Assembly (NCBI GenBank): GCA_963745795.1
Contig: CAVUYR010000006.1
Coordinates: 504,692 to 568,691 of the forward strand
Reading direction: 5' to 3'
DNA length: 64,000 bases
Source of the DNA: an uncultured Actinomycetota bacterium
Lineage (GTDB): Bacteria; Actinomycetota; Actinomycetes; Propionibacteriales; Nocardioidaceae
The notes below the pieces were generated by a model. The model ran no database searches and was not told where the DNA came from. It was given only the letters and a program-made list of their open reading frames with translations. Every line of letters begins with the position of its first letter. Position 1 is the stretch's first letter. The position numbers and the translations under genes are program-made. Below are positions 44,599 through 56,664 of this stretch, one piece after another.

Positions 44599-46291
44599 GC
44601 GCGCGCCGTACCTTCTCGCGCAGGTCGTCCGGGCCGTCGGCCGTGCCCCCGCCTCGCGGCGAGCCAGTCGTAGACCTCCTGCCGCTCCGCGTGGCACATC
44701 AGCCCGACCACGTCGCCGGGCTCGGCCAGGCTCGACAGAGCGCCTGGAGCGCGTCGAGCTCGGTGGGGTACGCCGGCAGATGTCGTCGACGCCCGACCCG
44801 CGCGGCGCCGGCGCGCATCAGCGCGTCGAGCTCGTCGGTGGTGCGGCCGCGCAGGTACTTCTCCTTGTGCCCGATCACGACCACGTCGGCGTCGCGCGCG
44901 GCGATCTCGCCGAGGCTCTCGACCAGGTCGTCGGTGCGGTCGCCCACGGCGCCGAGCGCCGAGCAGCAGCCGCGCCCCGGGGGCGGCGACGCCGCGCATG
45001 ATCTCGAGCAGCGCCTCGAGGCCGGCCTCGTTGTGCGCGAGGTCGATCACCACGGAGCACGCTCGTCGCAGCGTGAAGATGTTCATCCGGCCCGGGTTGT
45101 GCTCCGTGTCGGGCAGGAACGAGCCGCAGCCCCTCGACCACGTGGCTCGCGGTCGAGCCCGACGGCCAGCGCCGCCGAGGCGGCGGCGAGCGCGTTCTCG
45201 ACGTTGAAGCGGGACAGCCCGGCCAGCGTCATCGGCACGTCGACGACCTCGACCAGCGGGTCGGGGTCGGCTGCCCGGTCGAGCACGGTGATCCAGCCGT
45301 CGATGACGGTCGTCGCCCGGCCACCGCGCGGCGAGCACGTCGCGCAGGGCCGGCGAGTCCGGGTCGCGCGAGAACACCCACGGCTGCGCGCGGCGTGGTC
45401 GCGCCGCATCGCGAAGACGCGGGGGTCGTCGGCGTTGAGCACCGCCCAGCCGGTCTTCTTGGTGATCCGCGGGACGACGCCCTTGACCTCGGCGAGCTGG
45501 TCGACGGTGTCGATGCCCTGCAGCCCGAGGTGGTCGGCGGTGACGTTGGTGACCACCGAGACGTCGTTGCGGACCAGGCCGATGCCCTTGAGCAGGATGC
45601 CGCCGCGCGCGGTCTCGGTGACCGCGAACTCGACCTCCGGGTGGGCCAGCACCCGGCCGGCGCCGCACGGGCCCGAGTAGTCGCCGGCCTCGACCAGCAC
45701 GCCGTCGACGTAGATGCCGTCGGTGTTGGACCAGCCGACGTGGCGCCCGGCCACCGCGCGCGATGTGCGCGATCATCCGCGAGGTCGTGGTCTTGCCGTT
45801 GGTGCCGGTCACCGCGACGACGGGAACCGTGGGTCGCAGAGTCGTGGGTCCCGGGCCGCGCTCGGTCGTACGCGACCAGCGGCCGCCACTCGCCGAGGGC
45901 AGCCGCGTCGCCGCCGAGCTCGTCGAGCACCTCGGCGACCGCCTCACCGAGCGCCCGGGCGCGGTTGCGGTCGCGCCACGGGTAGGCGACGACCACGCGC
46001 TGGCTGTCGCTCGTCGGCCGCACCCGCACGCGCGAGCCGGGTCGTCCCGGCACTCGGCGGCGATCCGCCGGACCAGCCGCTCGACGAGGCGCATCACGAA
46101 CCGCTGCCGGAAGCCGCTGTCGGCCCGCCCGGGACGCACCGCCTGTCATGCCGAGCGCGGCTGCCGAACGCACGCAGGTCCTGCTCGGAGGCGGCAGCGA
46201 GCCCGGTGACGTCGAGCGTGAGCTTGATGGCGGCGCGCGGGAAGTAGAGGTTCGGACCCTCGAGGACCCGCAGCTCGACGAGGGAGGTCAC
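44591..46291 (-). CDS. CphA-like Mur-ligase protein lacking the ATP-grasp domain, frameshifted
   Basis: MTSLVELRVLEGPNLY (CphA N-terminus-like), ~160 aa later VAVTGTNGKTTTSRMIAHI, ETARGGILLKGIG, DHLGLQGIDTVDQLAEVK, NPGRMN, DLAHNEAG; -10 TAGCGT 6 nt before GTG. Confidence 0.85.
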
Positions 46292-46323
46292 CGGCGCACG
46301 CTAGCGCTCCGCGGTCCGGGCGG

Positions 46324-47095
46324 TCAGGCCCCCATCGCGTGGAAGCCGCCGTCGACGTGGACGATCTCGCCGGTGGTGGCCGGGAAGAAGTCCGACAGCA
46401 GGGCGACGACGCCCTTCGCCGTCGGCGTCTGGTCCTTCTCGTCCCAGCCCAGCGGCGCGCGGTCGCTCCACATCGACTCGAGGTCCTCGAAGCCGGGGAT
46501 CGCCTTGGCGGCCAGCGTCTTCAGCGGCCCGGCGGAGACCAGGTTGACCCGGATCCCCTTCGGGCCCGAGGTCGCGGGCCAGGTAGCGCGAGCACGACTC
46601 GAGCCCGGCCTTGGCCACGCCCATCCAGTCGTACGCCGGCCAGGCGACGGTCGCGTCGAAGGTCATCCCGACGACCGAGCCACCCTGGCCCATCAGCGGC
46701 GGGCACGCCTTGGCCAGCGACATCAGGGAGTACGCCGAGACCTGCACCGCCTGGGCCACGTCCGCCCACGGACCGCCCAGGAACTTGCCGCCGAGCAGCG
46801 TCTCCGGGTTGCCGTAGGCGATCGAGTGCACGACGCCGTCGAGCCCGTCGACGTGCTCGCGCAGCAGGTCGGGCAGCCGCTCGAGGTGCTCCTCGTCGGT
46901 GACGTCGAGCTCGAGCACCGGGCCGGCTCGGGCAGCCGGCTGACGATCCGCTTGGTGATGCCGAGCGCCCGGCCGAAGTTGGAGATCAGGACGGTGCGCG
47001 CCCTGCTCCTGGGCGACGCGGGCGACCGCGAAGCCGATCGAGCTGTCCATCGTGACGCCGGCGACCAGGATCCGCTTGCCGTCGAGAATGCCCAT
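46324..47095 (-). CDS. fabI: Enoyl-ACP reductase (InhA-type), frameshifted
   Basis: GILDGKRILVAGV, LDGVVHSIAY, YDWMGVAKAGLES, TTGEIVHVDGG. Confidence 0.92.
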
Positions 47096-47133
47096 GCTGC
47101 TCCTTCGGTGGTCGAGCTGGTCGGTGGTGGTCA

Positions 47134-47874
<741 letters not shown>

Positions 47875-47920
47875 CTATCGACTACCGCCGGGTAGGCGAA
47901 AGTGACGCGGCCCGTGCCCG

Positions 47921-48080
47921 GACAGCGGACGCTCAGTCGTCCTCGAGCCGGAAGCCGAGCTTCATGGTCAATCGGCGAGCTCGACGCCGCCGTCCAGGAC
48001 GGCAGCGGACGCTCAGTCGTCCTCGAGCCGGAAGCCGACCTTCATGGCCACCTGGAAGTGCTCGACGCCGCCGTCCTTGA
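47921..48080. repeat. 80-bp diverged tandem duplication of the dodecin 3' end
   Basis: CAGCGGACGCTCAGTCGTCCTCGAGCCGGAAGCCGA at 47923 and 48003. Confidence 0.8.
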
Positions 48081-48227
48081 CCTGCCCGCGGACCTCGAGT
48101 CACCTCGAACCAGTCGAGGTGGCGCAGCGGTCCGGGAGGCCCGCTCGACGCCGTTGCGGATCGCCTGGTCGATGCCGTCCGGCGAGGTGCCGACGATCTC
48201 GGTGACGCGGTAGGTGCGGTCGGACAT
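48013..48227 (-). CDS. Dodecin (flavin-binding), with indels
   Basis: MSDRTYRVTEIVGTSPDGIDQAIRNG..RHLDWFEV..HFQVAMKVGFRLEDD. Confidence 0.88.
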
Positions 48228-48324
48228 GGGTACTCCTCGAGGTCGGGGACGGCCGCGCGGGCCGGTGGTCCGAAGGATGCCACGGCGCACGTCGCACCGC
48301 GGAACCCCGGCGTACGCTCGAGGC

Positions 48325-48633
48325 ATGCTCCGCCGACCGCGCACGGGTTCGGACGTCGTCCGGATCACCGACGCACCCATCAGCACCGCCGACGAGATCG
48401 GTGCACGGCAGCGGCGCTACCTGCTCTCGATGGGGCTGCGCACGCTGTGCTTCATCAGCGCGATCGTGGTCGGCTCCGGCTGGCTGCGCTGGGTGCTCGT
48501 GGCGGCGGCCCTGGTGCTCCCCTACGTCGCCGTGGTGATGGCCAACGCGGCGAGCCCGAAGGTGGCCGGAACCATGCCCGAGGGTCCTGACCTTCAGCGC
48601 AAATCGCTCCCTCCGGGACAAAGTCCTCCGTGA
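48325..48633 (+). CDS. DUF3099 membrane protein
   Basis: ITDA..RQRRYLLSMGLRTLCF..LPYVAVVMANA. Confidence 0.85.
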   Translation: MLRRPRTGSDVVRITDAPISTADEIGARQRRYLLSMGLRTLCFISAIVVGSGWLRWVLVAAALVLPYVAVVMANAASPKVAGTMPEGPDLQRKSLPPGQSPP

Positions 48634-48682
48634 ATTACGGCACGCGTTCGACATCCAAAAAGCGATCGTGCAAGAATCAACG

Positions 48683-48760
48683 AGAGTCGTGCCCGGTCTC
48701 CCCCGTCTGGACACGACTTTGAGTGCCGGACGGCTTCCCCCCGTAGCCGTCCGGCACTTC
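48683..48760 (+). ncRNA. 6C-like small RNA (two hairpins with C-rich loops)
   Basis: Hairpin 1 AGTCGTG..TCTCCCCCGT..CACGACT; hairpin 2 AGTGCCGGACGGCT-TCCCCCCGT-AGCCGTCCGGCACT; upstream -10-like GTGCAAGAAT. Confidence 0.65.
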
Positions 48761-48786
48761 CATGTCCGGACCAGGTGGAGTCGTTG

Positions 48787-48987
48787 ATGGAGCCCGAGAA
48801 GCCGACATGCTCGGCCAGGGACTGCCAGTCCGACGCGGTCTGGGACCTGCTCTGGAACAACCCGAAGCTGCACACGCCCGACCGGCGCAAGGTGTGGCTG
48901 GCCTGTGACGAGCACCGGCAGTCGCTCGCGGACTTCCTGGCCGCGCGCCAGTTCCTGCGCGACGTCCGGCCGCACACGGGCGGCTGA
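48787..48987 (+). CDS. Small conserved Cys/His (putative Zn-binding) protein
   Basis: CSARDC...[21 protein letters not shown]. Confidence 0.8.
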   Translation: MEPEKPTCSARDCQSDAVWDLLWNNPKLHTPDRRKVWLACDEHRQSLADFLAARQFLRDVRPHTGG

Positions 48988-49002
48988 TCCCGGACCTGCC
49001 GC

Positions 49003-50005
49003 TCAGCCGCCGATCGCGGACATCGGGCGCGTGGGCTGCAGGAAGCTGGTGTCGTCGATGCCGTGGCCGGGGCAGCTTGGTCATCATCGCGAGCCGCCAC
49101 CGGTCCGCGATCTCGGCGTCGTCGGCACCGCCGCGCAGTGCCGCCCGCAGGTCGGACTCCTCGCGAGCGAACAGGCAGTTGCGGACCTGGCCGTCGGCGG
49201 TGAGCCGCACCCGGTCGCAGTCGCCGCAGAACGGCCGCGTGACCGACGCGATGACGCCGACCGTGCCCGGGCCGCCGTCGACCGGAACAGCTCCGCGGGC
49301 GCGCTGCCGCGGGGCTCCTCGGCCGGTGTCAGCGTGAACGCCGCCTCCAGGGTCGCGAAGATCTCCTCCGCGGTCACCATCGCCTCGCGGCTCCAGTCGT
49401 GCTGGGCGTCGAGCGGCATCTGCTCGATGATCCGCAGCTCGTAGCCGCGCTCCAGGCACCAGCCGAGCAGCTCGGGCGCCTGGTCGTCGTTGACCCCGCG
49501 CAGCAGCACCGCGTTGACCTTGACCGGGGTCAGCCCGGCGTCGGCAGCCGCCTCCAGGCCCGTCGACCACGTCGTGAGAGCCGGTCGCGCCGGGTGATCG
49601 TGTGGAAGGTCTCGGGCCGGATCGTGTCCAGGCTGACGTTGACCCGGTCGAGGCCCGGCCCCGGCGAGCGTGTGGGCGGTGCGCGTGAGGCCGAGCGCGT
49701 TGGTGGTCAGCGACAGCTCGGGTCGCGGCTCCAGGGCGGCACTGCGGCGCACGATGTCGACCAGGCCGCGGCGCAGCAGCGGCTCACCGCCGGTGAACCG
49801 GACCTCGCTCGACGCCGAGACGCTCGACGGCGATCGTGATCAGCCGGACCACCTCGTCGTCGGTGAGGACCTCGTCGGTCGGGAGCCAGTCCAGACCCTC
49901 GGCCGGCATGCAGTAGTTGCAGCGCAGGTTGCACCGGTCGGTCAGGGAGACCCGGAGGTCGGTCGCGGTGCGGCCCCAGGTGTCCAGCAGTCCGGTCGTC
50001 GGCAT
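49003..50005 (-). CDS. moaA: GTP 3',8-cyclase, frameshifted
   Basis: [40 protein letters not shown]-terminal MSAIGG. Confidence 0.93.
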
Positions 50006-50073
50006 TTCCTCATCGTAGTTGGGCGCTGGGCACTGCCGCAGGCGCATCCGGCACCGGCGGTTATCGTCGCGAC

Positions 50074-50853
50074 GTGCGCTTCCTGCTGACCCGACGCTGG
50101 TTGGGGTTCCTGCTGGTCGTGGGCGCACTCGCGTACCTCGCGCTGCGCCTGGGCGACTGGCAGTTCCACCGCCTCGACGACCGCCGTGCGGCCAACAGCC
50201 GGATCGTGCACAACCTCGCCGACTCACCCGTGCCGGTCGCCGACGTGCTGGCCGTGGGCCGCGGTGCCACGGAGAGCGACGAGTGGCGCCAGGTCACGGC
50301 GACCGGCAAGTACGACGACGAGCACACGGTGGTCGTGCGCTACCGCACCCGCGAGGGCGCGTCCGGCGTCGACGTGGTGACGCCGCTGGTGACGAACAGC
50401 GGCGACGCGGTGCTGGTCGACCGCGGCTGGATGGCGGCGGAGAACTCCGGAGCCCGGCGCCCGGACCTCCCGCCGGCCACGAGCGGGCTGGTCACGGTCA
50501 CCGGCTACGTGCGCGCCGACGCCACGGGCGGCTCGACCCAGGTCACCGACCTGTCCACGCGCTCCATCTCGAGCCGGGCGATCGGCTCGGTCGTGCCCTA
50601 CCCGCTGTTCGGCGGCTTCCTGGAGCTGGCCCGCCAGTCGCCCCGCGCGGACAAGCCGCTCGCCGCGGTGGAGCTGCCCGAGATCAACGACGGACCGCAC
50701 TTCTTCTACGGCCTCCAGTGGTGGTTCTTCGGGCTGCTCGCGATCGTCGGCTTCGGCTACCTCGTGTACGACGAGTGGCGGCAGCGGCGCACCCGGTCAG
50801 AGGGCGCGGACCATGCCCCCGTCGACCGGCAGCATCACGCCCGACACGAATGA
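50074..50853 (+). CDS. SURF1-family protein
   Basis: [28 protein letters not shown]. Confidence 0.9.
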   Translation: MRFLLTRRWLGFLLVVGALAYLALRLGDWQFHRLDDRRAANSRIVHNLADSPVPVADVLAVGRGATESDEWRQVTATGKYDDEHTVVVRYRTREGASGVDVVTPLVTNSGDAVLVDRGWMAAENSGARRPDLPPATSGLVTVTGYVRADATGGSTQVTDLSTRSISSRAIGSVVPYPLFGGFLELARQSPRADKPLAAVELPEINDGPHFFYGLQWWFFGLLAIVGFGYLVYDEWRQRRTRSEGADHAPVDRQHHARHE

Positions 50854-51555
50854 CGCCGCCGGGCTGAGCAGGAACGCCGCCGCCCGGCCGAACTCCTCGG
50901 GCCGTCCGTCGCGCGCGCAGCGGGATGCCGGCGATGTGACCGCGCCCGCGACTCCTCCGGGTCGCCGCCACGGGCGTCGAGCTCGCGCGAGCCGTTCGGT
51001 CTCGATCCGGCCGGGCATCAGCCCGTTGACCCGGATCCCGCGCGGGCCGAGCTCGTCGGCCAGGGTCTTGGCCACCATCGCGAGGCCTGGGCGCAGGCCG
51101 TTGGAGATGGCCAGCCCGGCGAGCGGCGCCCGCACGGAGCTGGACAGCACGAAGGCGATCGAGCCGCCCTCCGCGAGCCGCTCCGCCACCGTGCGCGCGA
51201 TCCGGACGGCGCCGAGGAAGACCGACTCGAACGCGGCGGTCCACTCCTCGTCGGTGGTGTCCATGACGCTGTTCGCCGGCGGTCCGCCGACCGAGACCAG
51301 CGCGCCGTCGAGCCGGCCCCAGGTGTCGAACGCCGCGGCCACCATTCGGCCGGCCTGGGCCGGGTCGGCGTTGTCGCCGACCACCCCCACCGCCCGGTCA
51401 CCGAGATCGGCGACGGCACTGTCGAGCGAGGCCCGGTCGCGGCCGGAGATGACCACGCGGGCACCCTCGGCGACCAGCACGTCGGCGGTGGCGCGACCGA
51501 GCCCGCGGGCGGCGCCGGTGATGAGGAAGACCCTGTCGGTCAGCTGGAGATCCAT
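50797..51555 (-). CDS. SDR-family oxidoreductase
   Basis: [37 protein letters not shown]. Confidence 0.88.
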   Translation of the reverse strand: MDLQLTDRVFLITGAARGLGRATADVLVAEGARVVISGRDRASLDSAVADLGDRAVGVVGDNADPAQAGRMVAAAFDTWGRLDGALVSVGGPPANSVMDTTDEEWTAAFESVFLGAVRIARTVAERLAEGGSIAFVLSSSVRAPLAGLAISNGLRPGLAMVAKTLADELGPRGIRVNGLMPGRIETERLARARRPWRRPGGVAGAVTSPASRCARDGRPEEFGRAAAFLLSPAASFVSGVMLPVDGGMVRAL

Positions 51556-51560
51556 GGCCC

Positions 51561-51602
51561 CCGTTCTACCCGACCGTTCTACCCGACCGTTCTACCCGAC
51601 CG
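51561..51602. repeat. 13-bp tandem repeat x3 (CCGTTCTACCCGA)
   Basis: Fills the gap between the ABC transporter stop and the SDR start. Confidence 0.8.
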
Positions 51603-53477
51603 GCTCGCCGGCCTCGTCCCCGATGAACTGGGTGCGGTAGAGGTCGGCGTACAGGCCACCCTCGGCGAGCAGGTCGAGGTGGGTGCCTCGCTGCACGACG
51701 CGGCCGTCGTCGACGACCAGGATCTGGTCGGCGTTGCGCACCGTGGAGAGGCGGTGGGCGATCACCAGCGACGTGCGGCCGGAGAGCGCCGTGTCGAGCG
51801 CGCGCTGGACCGCGTGCTCGGACTCGGAGTCGAGGTGCGCGGTGGCCTCGTCGAGCACCACGATCGGCGGCGCCTTGAGCAGCAGCCGGGCGATCGCCAG
51901 CCGCTGCCGCTCGCCGCCGGAGAGCCGGTAGCCGCGGTCGCCGACGACGGTCTCGAGCCCGTCGGGCAGCCCGCGCACCAGGGGCGCGATCTGCGCCGCC
52001 TCGAGCGCCGACCAGACTTCGTCGTCGGTGGCGTGGGGGCGCGCGTAGCGGAGGTTCTCCGGATCGTGTCGTGGAACATGTGGGCGTCCTGGGTCACGTA
52101 GCCGACGCTGTCCTCCAGGGACTGGAGGGTCACGTCGCGGACGTCCTCGCCGCCGACCCGGACCCTGCCCCCGGTGACGTCGTACAGCCGCGCGACAAGG
52201 TGCGTGATCGTCGTCTTGCCGGCGCCGGAGGGTCCGACCAGGGCCACCATCTGCCCGGACTCGGCGCGGAAGCTGACGTCGTGGAGCACCTGGTCCGCTG
52301 TCGCGGCTCTCCTTGCGGGCTCACCGTCTCCAGGCTGGCCAGCGAGACATCGTCGGCCTGCGGGTAGCTGAAGGCCGACGTGGTCGAACTCCACGCTCGC
52401 CGCGTCGGGGGGCAGGACCGAGGCGCCCGGCTTCTCCTGCACCGTCGAGGGCAGGTCGAGCACCTCGAAGACCCGGTCGAAGCTGACCAGCGCGGTCATC
52501 ACGTCGACCCGCACGTTGGACTGAGCCCCTGAAGCGGACCGAGCAGCCGCAGCAGCAGCGTCGCGAGCGCGATCAGGGTGCCGACGGTGAGCGACTGCTG
52601 GATCGCCAGCTGACCGCCGACGCCGTAGACGAGCGCGGTCGCCAGCGCCGGCACCAGCATCATCGCGGCGCATGAACACCCGCGAGATCAGGGAGATCCG
52701 GACGCCGAGGTCACGGACCACGGCCGCCTTCTCGCCGTACTTCTCGTCCTCCTCGTCGCGGCGCCCGAACAGCTTGAGCAGCAGCGCGCCGCCGACGTTG
52801 AAGCGCTCGGTCATCATGTTGCCGAGGTCGGCGTTGCCGTTCATCTGGTCGCGGGTCAGCCCGGCCAGCCTGGCCCCGACCCAGCGCGAGGCGAGGATCA
52901 GGATCGGGAACGTCGCCAGGCACAGCAGCGTCACCTGCCAGCTCAGGGCGATCATCGTGATCGCGACCACGACCACGCTGATCGAGTTCGACACCATGCC
53001 GGACAGCATGGAGGTGAACGCGCGCTGGGCGCCGATCACGTCGTTGTTGAGGCGGGAGACCAGGGCGCCGGTCTGGGTGCGCGTGAAGAAGGCCAGCGAC
53101 ATCCGCTGCACGTGGGCGAACACCTTGGTGCGCAGGTCGTAGATCAGGCCCTCGCCGATCCGCGAGGACAGCCACCCCATGAGCACGCCGAAGCTGGCGT
53201 CGATGAGCGAGACCCCGACCATGGCGAGCGCGAGCAGGGTGACCAGCCGACTGTCACCCGTGCCGATGCCGTCGTCGATGAGGCGCTTGATCAGGAGCGG
53301 GTTGACCACCACGATCGCGGCGTCGAGCACGGTAACCACCAGGAAAGCGGCGATCACGGCGCGGTGGGGAACCGCGAACCGGCCGATCCGGCGGAGGGTC
53401 TTGCGGGTCAGCCGGGCGTTGAGCGCGCTGCGGTCGGTGCGGAGCCAGCGTCCACCCATGGGGTGCATGCCGCTCAT
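51592..53477 (-). CDS. ABC exporter, fused TMD + NBD, frameshifted
   Basis: TGALVSRLNND, GPSGAGKTT, LSGGERQR, LDEATAHLD, IAHRLSTV. Confidence 0.9.
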
Positions 53478-53573
53478 TTCTCGGGGTCCCCGAGGAGGCG
53501 CGAGCGAGGCGAGTGGCTTGGTGGGTTGTTCATCGGCTTCTCCCTCCCGTCAGGCGCCGCCGGGGGCGACGCG

Positions 53574-54377
53574 TCAGAACTGTGCGGCGAGCGCCCGCAT
53601 CAGGCCCACCTGCGCGGTGCGCTCGGCACGCCGCTGGTCGTCCAGCGAACGGTCCGCCGCCTGCTGCAGCAGTGCCTTGGTGCCGGAGACCGCGTCGCGC
53701 GGGTTGGCCAGGATCGCGTTGGCGAGGTCGGTGACGGTGGCATCCAGCTCCCCGCGGGGTACGACGAGCGTGGTCAGACCGATCGCCGCGGCCTCGGTGG
53801 CCCCGACGTAGCGCGCGGTCGCACAGATCTCCAGCGCCCGCGCATACCCAACGGCGCTGACCAGCGGTTTTGTTCCCGCGAGGTCGGGCACCAGGCCGAG
53901 TGCCGGCTCCTTCATGCAGAACTGCACGTCGTCGGCGGCCACCCGGAGGTCGCAGGCCAGCGCGAGCTGGAAGGCTGCCCCGATCGCGTAGCCGTGGACC
54001 TGCGCGATCGTGACCAGGTCGGGCCGGGTCAGCCAGACGAAGCCCTCCTGGTAGTCCGCGATCTCGTCGGCGAACTCGTCGTCGCTCTGCTCCAGGAGCT
54101 CGAGGAAGCCCTTCTCACCGGGCGGGCCATCTGGCGAGAGCATCGACCGGTCGAGCCCCGCCGAGAACGCCTCGCCGGCGCCCTTCACCACCACGACCTG
54201 CACATCGTCGGGCAGTCCGGCCCCGATCTCGGCCAGCGTGCGCCACGTGGTGGGCGTCATCGCGTTGCGTCGCTCGGGACGGTCCAGCGTGATCGTCGCC
54301 ACGGCACCGTCGAGAGCGAGGGCCAGCCCGGCGGCGTGCAGGCGGTCGGCGTCGGGCAGGGCCGATGATGGGGTCAT
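53574..54377 (-). CDS. Enoyl-CoA hydratase/isomerase family protein
   Basis: [43 protein letters not shown]. Confidence 0.9.
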   Translation of the reverse strand: MTPSSALPDADRLHAAGLALALDGAVATITLDRPERRNAMTPTTWRTLAEIGAGLPDDVQVVVVKGAGEAFSAGLDRSMLSPDGPPGEKGFLELLEQSDDEFADEIADYQEGFVWLTRPDLVTIAQVHGYAIGAAFQLALACDLRVAADDVQFCMKEPALGLVPDLAGTKPLVSAVGYARALEICATARYVGATEAAAIGLTTLVVPRGELDATVTDLANAILANPRDAVSGTKALLQQAADRSLDDQRRAERTAQVGLMRALAAQF

Positions 54378-54448
54378 GCCGGTCAGCGTATGTGTGCCCG
54401 CTGACGTTCACCCCAAGGGAGGTCGGCCGCTGTGATTGGATCGTGCCA

Positions 54449-56663
54449 ATGACTACCGACACTGACGTCTGGCCCGGCACCGCCTACCCGCTCGGCGCGA
54501 CCTTCGACGGAGGTGGCACGAACTTCGCGCTGTTCAGCGAGGTAGCCGAGCGGGTGGACCTGTGCCTGGTCGACCCCGACGGCACCGAGGTGCGCATCGA
54601 GCTCCGCGAGGTCGACGCCCACGTCTGGCACTGCTACCTGCCCCACGTGCAGCCGGGGCAGCGCTACGGCTACCGCGTGCACGGGTCCTACGACCCGGAG
54701 AAGGGGCTGCGCTGCAACCCCGCCAAGCTGCTGCTCGACCCCTACGCCAAGGCCACCGACCGTGAGATCGACTGGCACCCGTCGGTGTTCGGCTACGACC
54801 TCGAACAGGGTCCGGAGTCGCGCAACGACGAGGACTCCGGCCCGCACATGACGCTCGGCGTGGTCACCAGCCCGTACTTCGACTGGGAGGGCGACCGCCG
54901 GCTCAACGTGCCCTACAACGAGTCGGTCATCTACGAGGCGCACGTCAAGGGGCTCACCCAGCTGCATCCCGACGTGCCGGAGGAGCTGCGCGGCACGTAC
55001 GCCGGCCTCGCCCACCCGGCGATCACCGAGCACCTGACCCGGCTGGGGGTGACCGCGATCGAGCTGATGCCCGTGCACCAGTTCGTGCAGGACAACACGC
55101 TGCTGGAGAAGGGCCTGCGCAACTACTGGGGCTACAACACCCTGGCGTTCCTCGCGCCGCACGCCGACTACGCGGCCAGCACGACGAACGGCCAGCAGGT
55201 GCAGGAGTTCAAGACCATGGTCAAGGCCATGCACCGGGCCGGCATCGAGGTGATCCTCGACGTGGTCTACAACCACACGGCGGAGGGCAACCACCTCGGG
55301 CCGACCCTGTCGTTCAAGGGCATCGACAACCCGGCGTACTACCGGCTGGTCGAGGACGACCTCGCAGTACTACATGGACTACACCGGCACCGGCAACTCC
55401 CTCAACGTCCGCCACCCGCACTCGCTGCAGCTGATCATGGACTCGCTGCGCTACTGGGTGACCGAGATGCACGTCGACGGGTTCCGGTTCGACCTCGCCG
55501 CTGCGCTGGCGCGCGAGTTCTACGACGTCGACCGGCTGGCCACCTTCTTCGAGCTCGTGCAGCAGGACCCGGTGGTCAGCCAGGTCAAGCTGATCGCGGA
55601 GCCCTGGGACGTCGGGCCCGGCGGCTACCAGGTCGGCAACTTCCCGCCGCAGTGGACGGAGTGGAACGGCGCCTACCGCGACACGGTCCGTGACTTCTGG
55701 CGCGGGGAGCCGTCGCTGGGCGAGTTCGCCAGCCGGCTCGCCGGCTCGTCCGACCTCTACGAGCACTCCGGCCGGCGTCCCGTCGCGAGCATCAACTTCG
55801 TCACCGCGCACGACGGCTTCACACTGCGTGATCTCGTGTCCTACAACGAGAAGCACAATGACGCCAACGGCGAGGACAACAACGACGGCGAGAGACACAA
55901 CCGGTCCTGGAACCACGGCGTCGAGGGCCCGACGGACGACCCCGGGGTGCTCGGGGCGCGGGCTCGTGCCCAGCGCAACTTCCTCGCCACGCTCCTGCTC
56001 AGCCAGGGCGTGCCGATGATCCTGCACGGCGACGAGCTCGGCCGCACCCAGGACGGCAACAACAACACCTACGCCCAGGACTCCGAGATCAGCTGGGTGC
56101 ACTGGGACCGCGTCGACCAGCCGCTGGTCGAGTTCACGGCTGCGATCGCGAAGCTGCGCAAGGCGCACCCGACGTTCCGCCGCAAGCGCTTCTTCACCGG
56201 CAAGACGGTGCGCGTGGGCAAGGGCGAGCGCCTCAACGACATCGTGTGGCTGCACGTCGACGGACGTCCGATGGAGGAGGGCGACTGGCGGGCGGACGAC
56301 ACCCGGGCGATCGGCATGTACCTCAACGGCAACGGCATCGCTGGGCTCGACGCGCGTGGCCAGGAGATCGTCGACTACCACTTCGTCCTCTACTTCAACG
56401 CGGCCCAGGACGACGCCGAGGTGACGCTCCCTCACGAGGAGTACGCCGCGGCCTGGGACGTCGTGCTCGACACGTCCGGTGGCTCGGTGGCCACCGCGAT
56501 GCACACGCCCGGGTCGACGATGAAGCTCGCGGCCGAGAGCATGATCGTGCTCCGCGAGCACACCGAGCCGACGCCAGAGCCTGACCACTCGGTCGCGGCG
56601 TCGCTCGCCGCCTACTCACAGCCGAGCGAACCGACTGCGACGGGCAGGAAGAGGGCGCGCTGA
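54449..56663 (+). CDS. glgX: Glycogen debranching enzyme (one indel near 55365)
   Basis: [54 protein letters not shown]. Confidence 0.95.
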
Positions 56664-56664
56664 G

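Noticed and set aside
48787-48987. Small Cys protein as a RiPP precursor with the neighbouring radical SAM enzyme
   Set aside because: The radical SAM gene is clearly moaA (C-terminal cluster motif and GG end) and is convergent
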